Of a stretch of 31,169 nt of DNA, positions 25,774 through 31,169 are shown one piece after another. This DNA is from a virus (taxonomy: Duplodnaviria > Caudoviricetes). The position numbers were made by a program, and so were the translations under genes. Position 1 is the first letter of the stretch. Every line of letters starts with the position of its first letter. The notes under the pieces were generated by a model. It ran no database searches. It saw only the letters and a program-made list of their open reading frames with translations, and was not told where the DNA came from. Location of the stretch: the IMG/VR virus record IMGVR_UViG_3300027780_000044, positions 1-31,169 of that record. The stretch is one strand, 5' to 3'.

Positions 25774-27191
25774 TGCAACATTTTTATGATGGACAAATAA
25801 GAAGATATATTACTCAACTAGTTAGACTAATGAGTAACTTCTCGTATAAAGATGGCAAAGGAAATTTAGTCCAAGTTCCTGTTATGTATGGAGATATTAC
25901 ACGACAAGTTGGTTCTATTATTAAAGATAACAGCGAAAACAAAATTCCAAGTGCGCCACGCATTGGTTTATATGTTACCGGTCTAGAAATGGATCGTACT
26001 AGAACTGCTGATGCATCTTATACAGGTAAAGTGCATATTAGAGAACGCACTTACGATGCAGACAACAATGAATATTTAAATACACAGGGTAAAAATTATA
26101 CTGTAGAACGTATGATGCCTACTCCGTTTTTATTAAATGTAAACGCAGACATTTGGTCTACTAACACAGAACAAAAATTACAAATACTAGAACAACTATT
26201 AATGTTGTTTAATCCTAGTTTAGAAATACAAACTACTGACAACTACGTAGACTGGACAAGTTTAAGTGTTGTTAATTTAGAAAACATTAACTTTAGTTCA
26301 AGAAGTATTCCTATGGGAACTGAAACTGAAATTGATGTTGCAACACTAGGATTTCAAACACCTATCTTTATTAGTCCTCCAGCTAAAGTTAAAAAACTTG
26401 GAATTATTACAAGTGTTATAATGAGTATTTTTGACGAAACTAAAGGAACTATTGATTTAGGAGACTCAATGCCTGAGCTTCAAGCATATGATGATAGTTG
26501 GAATAATACTGTTAAGAATAAAGAAAAAGATAATAGAATACGTATTGTAGCTACAACAGCGGCAGGATATGATGCTATTGTTACTAACACTATTGTTCAA
26601 CTTGGCAAGAACGGAATTAGTGGAGAAATTAGTTGGCGTACAGTACTTGAATCTGAACCAGGTGAGTATACCGCAGGACTAAGTCAAATTTATCTAAACA
26701 GAATAGACTTAGGTGCACCAATTGTTGGAACATTTGCACTTAATACATTAGATGAAACACAGATTATTGTTAATTGGGACATTGATACTATTCCAACTAA
26801 TACAGTTATGGGGTTATCAGGTAGTCCGCAAAAAGGAACTATTGATGCAATTATTGATCCTACAAGAACTAACCCAACAAGTCTTAAACAATCAGGTGTT
26901 AGAATATTATTATTAGGCGATATTGGTGCTACTGGCAATACAGACGGTGCTGATGCTTGGAAGAACGCAGGCGGTGTTGATTCACTTGTTGCTAAAGAAA
27001 ATGATATTATTGAGTGGTCTGGAACAGAATGGCAAATAGTATTTGATTCGAGTACCAAAACAGATACAGCTACAGATGTAACTTATACAACCAATTTAAA
27101 CACAGGCGTACAATACAAATGGGACGGTCTAGAATGGACATTGTCCTTTGAAGGCGAATACCGAAAAGGAAGCTGGCGTATAGTTCTGTAA
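25773..27191 (+). CDS. gp15: tail sheath stabiliser / tail terminator (gp15-like) with C-terminal extension
   Basis: HFYDGQIRRY, VPVMYG, PRIG, MPTPF, LQILEQLLMLFNP. Confidence 0.82.
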   Translation: MQHFYDGQIRRYITQLVRLMSNFSYKDGKGNLVQVPVMYGDITRQVGSIIKDNSENKIPSAPRIGLYVTGLEMDRTRTADASYTGKVHIRERTYDADNNEYLNTQGKNYTVERMMPTPFLLNVNADIWSTNTEQKLQILEQLLMLFNPSLEIQTTDNYVDWTSLSVVNLENINFSSRSIPMGTETEIDVATLGFQTPIFISPPAKVKKLGIITSVIMSIFDETKGTIDLGDSMPELQAYDDSWNNTVKNKEKDNRIRIVATTAAGYDAIVTNTIVQLGKNGISGEISWRTVLESEPGEYTAGLSQIYLNRIDLGAPIVGTFALNTLDETQIIVNWDIDTIPTNTVMGLSGSPQKGTIDAIIDPTRTNPTSLKQSGVRILLLGDIGATGNTDGADAWKNAGGVDSLVAKENDIIEWSGTEWQIVFDSSTKTDTATDVTYTTNLNTGVQYKWDGLEWTLSFEGEYRKGSWRIVL

Positions 27192-27198
27192 ATAAGTA
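27189..27198 (+). promoter_or_regulatory. late-promoter-like box(es) heading NUDIX-hldE-hldD
   Basis: Overlapping TAAATA and TAAGTA; TAAGTA-CTTGT-ATG. Confidence 0.5.
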
Positions 27199-27203
27199 CT
27201 TGT

Positions 27204-27650
27204 ATGGAAAACATTATCTGTTCAGGTGCATTATTCTATTCGTTGAAAACTCAACGTTTTTTATTCCTACATCGAACACAATCAAAACAAAACAATGTTT
27301 GGGGATTAGTTGGTGGAACTAATGAAGACCAAGAAATCCCATATAAAGCACTTCTTAGAGAAATTGAAGAAGAGCTAGGTAATCTTCCTAAAATTATTAA
27401 ATCAATACCGTTAGAAACGTTTGTGAGCAATGACGAGAAATTTAGTTTTCACACATACCTATGTGTAGTCAATGATGAATTTATGCCAATATTAAATCAA
27501 GAACATGATGGATATGCGTGGTGTAGTTTCAACAAATGGCCCAAACCTTTGCACCAAGGTCTTCGTAACACACTACAAAATAAGATGAACTTGACCAAGT
27601 TACAAACGGTATTTCAACTAGTTTCGTTATTACAAGAATCGGATATTTAA
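27204..27650 (+). CDS. NUDIX hydrolase
   Basis: Intact Nudix box G-TNEDQ-E-IPYKALL-REIEEELG. Confidence 0.92.
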   Translation: MENIICSGALFYSLKTQRFLFLHRTQSKQNNVWGLVGGTNEDQEIPYKALLREIEEELGNLPKIIKSIPLETFVSNDEKFSFHTYLCVVNDEFMPILNQEHDGYAWCSFNKWPKPLHQGLRNTLQNKMNLTKLQTVFQLVSLLQESDI

Positions 27651-28793
27651 ATGAATAAAGTTTTAGTAATCGGCGATGTAATCGTTGACAAATACATTTA
27701 CGGAACTTCAACACGGATTAGTCCAGAAGCACCTGTGCCTGTAATTACATATATTAATGAAAAACAAACGTTAGGTGGCGCAGGGCTTGTACATAAAAAC
27801 TTGCTTAGTTTAGGAGTTGATTCTACACTATATGAAACAGGACATGAATATAGTATTAAGACTAGAGTTATTTGTGACGGGCATTATGTTACACGTATTG
27901 ACGATGATAAACGTGCAAGTGGTGACGCAGTATTAGCCGTTGTATTGGCTAATGACTTTTCACAATACGAATATGTAATACTAAGTGACTATGACAAAGG
28001 TGTATTAGACAATGCAAACCAAATTATTGCACATATTACTAGTCAAGGACCTAAAGTAATTGTAGACCCTAAACGTTATGCACACGAGTATGAAGGTGCT
28101 TGGTTAGTAAAACCTAACAATAGTGAATTTACTAAATTTGAATTTGACGAATGGCAAGGTAATATTATTACTACTAGTGCAGGGGCTAACGTAGTTGCTA
28201 CAATAGACAATATTGAATATGATATACCTGTTGCACAAGCTGAAGTGTCTGATGTTACAGGAGCAGGAGATTGTTTCCTTGCTACGTTTGTATATGCACT
28301 AACAAAAGGTTACACCCATAAACGTTGTTTAGAATTATCAGTCAAAGGTGCTACCGAAGCAGTTAAACATGTAGGAACACATATCATAACAATTGATGAT
28401 ATTAATGATAGTGTTGTATGGACCAACGGCGTATTTGACATACTACATATAGGTCATTTAAAGCTTCTACGACACGCACACACGCTTGGTAAACACCTCG
28501 TGGTGGGCATTAACAGCGATGCGAGTGTGAAGCGTTTAAAAGGTGATTTAAGACCCATTAATAACGAGCAACTACGCAAAGAAGCATTATTAGAATTAGG
28601 GTTTATTAACGAAGTTGTTATTTTTGACGAAGATACACCACAAGAAACTCTCGAAATTGTTAGACCAGACATTATTGTTAAAGGTGGCGATTATACTGTA
28701 GCAACGACAGTAGGAAATGAGTTAGCTGAAGTAGTTATCTTTCCAACAGTAGACGGACATAGTACAACAAATTTGATAGAGAGGATGACATGA
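27651..28793 (+). CDS. hldE: bifunctional heptose-7-phosphate kinase / heptose-1-phosphate adenylyltransferase
   Basis: RISPEAPVPV, LSDYDKG, VDPK, DVTGAGD; NGVFDILHIGH, GINSDASVKRLKG, KGGDY, HSTT. Confidence 0.92.
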   Translation: MNKVLVIGDVIVDKYIYGTSTRISPEAPVPVITYINEKQTLGGAGLVHKNLLSLGVDSTLYETGHEYSIKTRVICDGHYVTRIDDDKRASGDAVLAVVLANDFSQYEYVILSDYDKGVLDNANQIIAHITSQGPKVIVDPKRYAHEYEGAWLVKPNNSEFTKFEFDEWQGNIITTSAGANVVATIDNIEYDIPVAQAEVSDVTGAGDCFLATFVYALTKGYTHKRCLELSVKGATEAVKHVGTHIITIDDINDSVVWTNGVFDILHIGHLKLLRHAHTLGKHLVVGINSDASVKRLKGDLRPINNEQLRKEALLELGFINEVVIFDEDTPQETLEIVRPDIIVKGGDYTVATTVGNELAEVVIFPTVDGHSTTNLIERMT

Positions 28794-29608
28794 ATATATT
28801 GATTACAGGCACAGATGGATTTATTGGAAAACATCTTGCGGTATACTTACAACACAAGGGACATAACGTTGAAGGGTTTGAATGGAAGCCAAACGTTATA
28901 CCTGATCCTGAACCATATGATAGAGTAATTCATCTAGGTGCTATTAGTAGCACTACTGAAACAGATATTGAAAAGGTAATGGAACAAAATTACGAGTTCT
29001 CAATGCGACTCCTACAACTATGTGATCAAAAAGGTACTTCATTAATGTATGCTTCTAGTGCTAGTGTGTATGGCGACACGTTTGCAGAAAATTCTAAACT
29101 GCAACCACAAAGTCCTTATGCATGGTCAAAGTATTTGTTTGATAGATTTGTAATGCAAGTGCCAGAGTTTATGGTTAATGTACAAGGATTTAGATTCTTT
29201 AATGTATACGGTCCAGGCGAAGAACACAAAGGTGACCAACAAAGTGTATTTGGCAAGTTTGAAAAACAAGCCAAAGAAACAGGAGTTATTAAAGTTTTTG
29301 AAGGCAGTGATAAAATAGAAAGAGATTTTATTCACGTTGGTGATGTATGTGAAATTATTGAAAAATTTATCGACGTTGACAACACAGACATTTGGAATAT
29401 TGGTACAGGGTATCCAAGGACGTTTATGGATATTGCTACGTTGTATGCTGTGAAGTATGATGCTAAGATTGAAGAAATTCCAATGCCATCAGAGCTACAA
29501 GGGCAGTACCAGTATTACACATGTTCAGACAATAAGAAGTTAATTAATAGTATAGGTGTTCATAAATTCAGAACAATAGAGGAGTATGTAAATGCCAGCA
29601 AGACATAG
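28790..29608 (+). CDS. hldD: ADP-L-glycero-D-manno-heptose 6-epimerase
   Basis: TGTDGFIG, HLGAISSTTE, YASSASVYG, YAWSK, FRFFNVYG, YQYYTCSD. Confidence 0.88.
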   Translation: MNILITGTDGFIGKHLAVYLQHKGHNVEGFEWKPNVIPDPEPYDRVIHLGAISSTTETDIEKVMEQNYEFSMRLLQLCDQKGTSLMYASSASVYGDTFAENSKLQPQSPYAWSKYLFDRFVMQVPEFMVNVQGFRFFNVYGPGEEHKGDQQSVFGKFEKQAKETGVIKVFEGSDKIERDFIHVGDVCEIIEKFIDVDNTDIWNIGTGYPRTFMDIATLYAVKYDAKIEEIPMPSELQGQYQYYTCSDNKKLINSIGVHKFRTIEEYVNASKT

Positions 29609-30005
29609 CGGTAAAGTAGATAAAGGTTGGGGATACGAATTAATTTGGGCCACTAACGATCAATACTGTGGTAAGATTATGGTATTTGATAGAGTTGGTG
29701 CTAAGTTTAGTATGCACTTTCATAAAGAAAAAGACGAATCATGGTTTGTAAATGCAGGGTCATTTAAGTTACGCTACATTGATACATCAACTGCATTAGT
29801 AATGGAAAGAGTTTTAAACTCCGGCGATACATGGAGAAATCCTCCATTAATGCCGCATCAATTAGAAGCATTAGAAGCCGGTAGTAGTATTACTGAAGTA
29901 AGCACTCCTGACTCTATTGAAGATAATTATCGTATTGCTCCAGGTGATAGTCAACCACCACCGCCACAACAAGAGATTGTTAATGATCCAAATACACAGG
30001 CGTAA
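29592..30005 (+). CDS. cupin (sugar isomerase-like)
   Basis: KGWGYE, SMHFHKEKDESW, PH, EVST. Confidence 0.8.
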   Translation: MPARHSGKVDKGWGYELIWATNDQYCGKIMVFDRVGAKFSMHFHKEKDESWFVNAGSFKLRYIDTSTALVMERVLNSGDTWRNPPLMPHQLEALEAGSSITEVSTPDSIEDNYRIAPGDSQPPPPQQEIVNDPNTQA

Positions 30006-30579
30006 GTTAGATCTAAATTTAAGTCAATTAAAACATAATTGTAATTTTGTTTATAGGCAAATTATAGACGAGATTGCAATTCCTAATCAAGAAATTGATA
30101 CTAAACATACATCAATTCCAACGGCAGTAAGTCAATACTATAACTTGTTTACAAGTATTATGCCTGGTATGTTTGAACTACAACGTGCTATTAGAAACGA
30201 ATTTAAAAACAACATTCCGCATGATGAAAGTCTAGAGTACTGGATTGTTGGTTGGTTAAATTATTGGCCTAAACAAGGAACAACACTTACCTGGCACGGA
30301 CACGAGTACGGAGATGATGATAATTGTTTCCACGGGTACTTGGGTGTACAAAGTGAACCATCGCAAACTATATATCGCAACATAGGCGAACAAGCATTAG
30401 AAATTGCTGTTGAAAACAAAAACGGACAGTTAGTTATTACTAACAGCAAAGGTGTCGAACATATGACTAGTGATTGGAAACAAGATGAACCTCGTATTAC
30501 TATTGCGTTTAATATACAACCTAGAGAAACTGTTTTACAAGAAGTAGGAAATAAACTTAATTATTATGTCGGACTTTAA
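29983..30579 (+). CDS. putative 2OG-Fe(II) oxygenase-like protein
   Basis: WLN...WHGH...H...RITIAFN; start at 29983 preferred over 29917. Confidence 0.65.
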   Translation: MIQIHRRKLDLNLSQLKHNCNFVYRQIIDEIAIPNQEIDTKHTSIPTAVSQYYNLFTSIMPGMFELQRAIRNEFKNNIPHDESLEYWIVGWLNYWPKQGTTLTWHGHEYGDDDNCFHGYLGVQSEPSQTIYRNIGEQALEIAVENKNGQLVITNSKGVEHMTSDWKQDEPRITIAFNIQPRETVLQEVGNKLNYYVGL

Positions 30580-31141
30580 AGAGCTATTTTCTGTTCCCAT
30601 ACTAGAACATAATGTTCCAAGTCGTATTGCAGATGACGTTGAACAGTTTGTAGTACCACGTTTAGAACTAATACCAAGACCTAGCAACGATGCTCCGCAT
30701 AGTACAGATTATTTTGAACCTAATAAAGTAGTACATTTAATGAATGATGTACCAGAGCTGTTTAGTGAAATACAAGAGTGTGTTAACAAGTTTCAAGATG
30801 CATGTCATATTAAACAACTAAAAGAAGCTAATCAATACACTTGGTGGACACAAAATTATCACGAAGGTGATATACATAACGAACATGAACACGGCATGAA
30901 TCAAATATCTGGAGTATACTGGGTAAGAGCAAATGAAAATGCTGGTGGGTTATGTTTTAGAAATCCTAATCCGTTTGTCGAATATGCACAATGGATGGAT
31001 TCACAATATGGTTATCAAGAATACGAATTCCAACCTATAAAAGGTAAGTTATTACTTTTCCCTTCTTACTTAAAACATGCAGTAATGCCTAGTAGCAGTA
31101 ACGTTGTACGTACTACTATAGCATTTAATGTAGTGTCTTAA
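30566..31141 (+). CDS. putative 2OG-Fe(II) oxygenase
   Basis: LFSVPI, HEH, ISGVYW, LLLFPSYLKHAV, RTTIAFN. Confidence 0.85.
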   Translation: MSDFKELFSVPILEHNVPSRIADDVEQFVVPRLELIPRPSNDAPHSTDYFEPNKVVHLMNDVPELFSEIQECVNKFQDACHIKQLKEANQYTWWTQNYHEGDIHNEHEHGMNQISGVYWVRANENAGGLCFRNPNPFVEYAQWMDSQYGYQEYEFQPIKGKLLLFPSYLKHAVMPSSSNVVRTTIAFNVVS

Positions 31142-31169
31142 GCCTGAGCTTCACCCCATCTTAGAATAA
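31138..31169 (-). CDS. 3' end of a convergent gene (...ILRWGEAQA*), probably a large virion/fibre protein
   Basis: Minus-strand frame ends in WGEAQA-TAA, a terminus recalled from T4-like virion proteins; shares TTAA with the plus-strand stop. Confidence 0.5.
   Translation of the reverse strand, partial: ILRWGEAQA

Noticed and set aside
27651-29608. Bacterial LPS locus (host contamination or prophage boundary)
   Set aside because: Contiguous and translationally packed with phage neck genes, phage-type promoter boxes, and phage-like genes on both sides
488-30449. Short antisense or alternate-frame ORFs in the track (e.g. 4574-4966, 12734-13096, 26690-27058)
   Set aside because: Lie within or largely overlap well-supported genes, lack SD or promoter support and recognisable motifs
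1-31169. Stop-codon recoding, tRNAs, CRISPR arrays, introns or inteins
   Set aside because: TAA, TAG and TGA all end full-length genes; intergenic gaps are short with no cloverleaf or repeat-spacer pattern; gp17 and UvsX are of ordinary length

Overview
AT-rich, gene-dense fragment of a large T4-like myovirus genome (standard genetic code; no tRNA, rRNA or CRISPR seen). From left to right it contains: (i) a translationally coupled 7-gene glycan operon (three paralogous KpsS/KpsC-like GT-B proteins, two DXD glycosyltransferases, a TylF O-methyltransferase and a nucleotidyltransferase-cupin fusion); (ii) a peroxiredoxin and the recombination block uvsY, uvsX, gp32; (iii) packaging/head genes (gp17, probable gp16, gp4-like, acidic putative internal head proteins); (iv) tail genes (gp54/48-like, tube gp19, an enlarged sheath gp18); (v) a degenerate HNH gene, dNMP kinase and divergently arranged neck genes gp13 and gp14-gp15; (vi) NUDIX, hldE, hldD, a cupin and two 2OG-Fe(II) oxygenases. 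Three near-consensus sigma70 promoters and about 13 TAAATA late-promoter-like boxes are readable. Best candidate for a new system: both sugar modules sit behind late-type boxes, suggesting a phage-encoded heptose/glycan pathway that decorates the virion. A second notable pattern is a set of apparently leaderless late genes (TAAATA-N5-ATG). All protein calls are from motif recognition only; no database searches were run.
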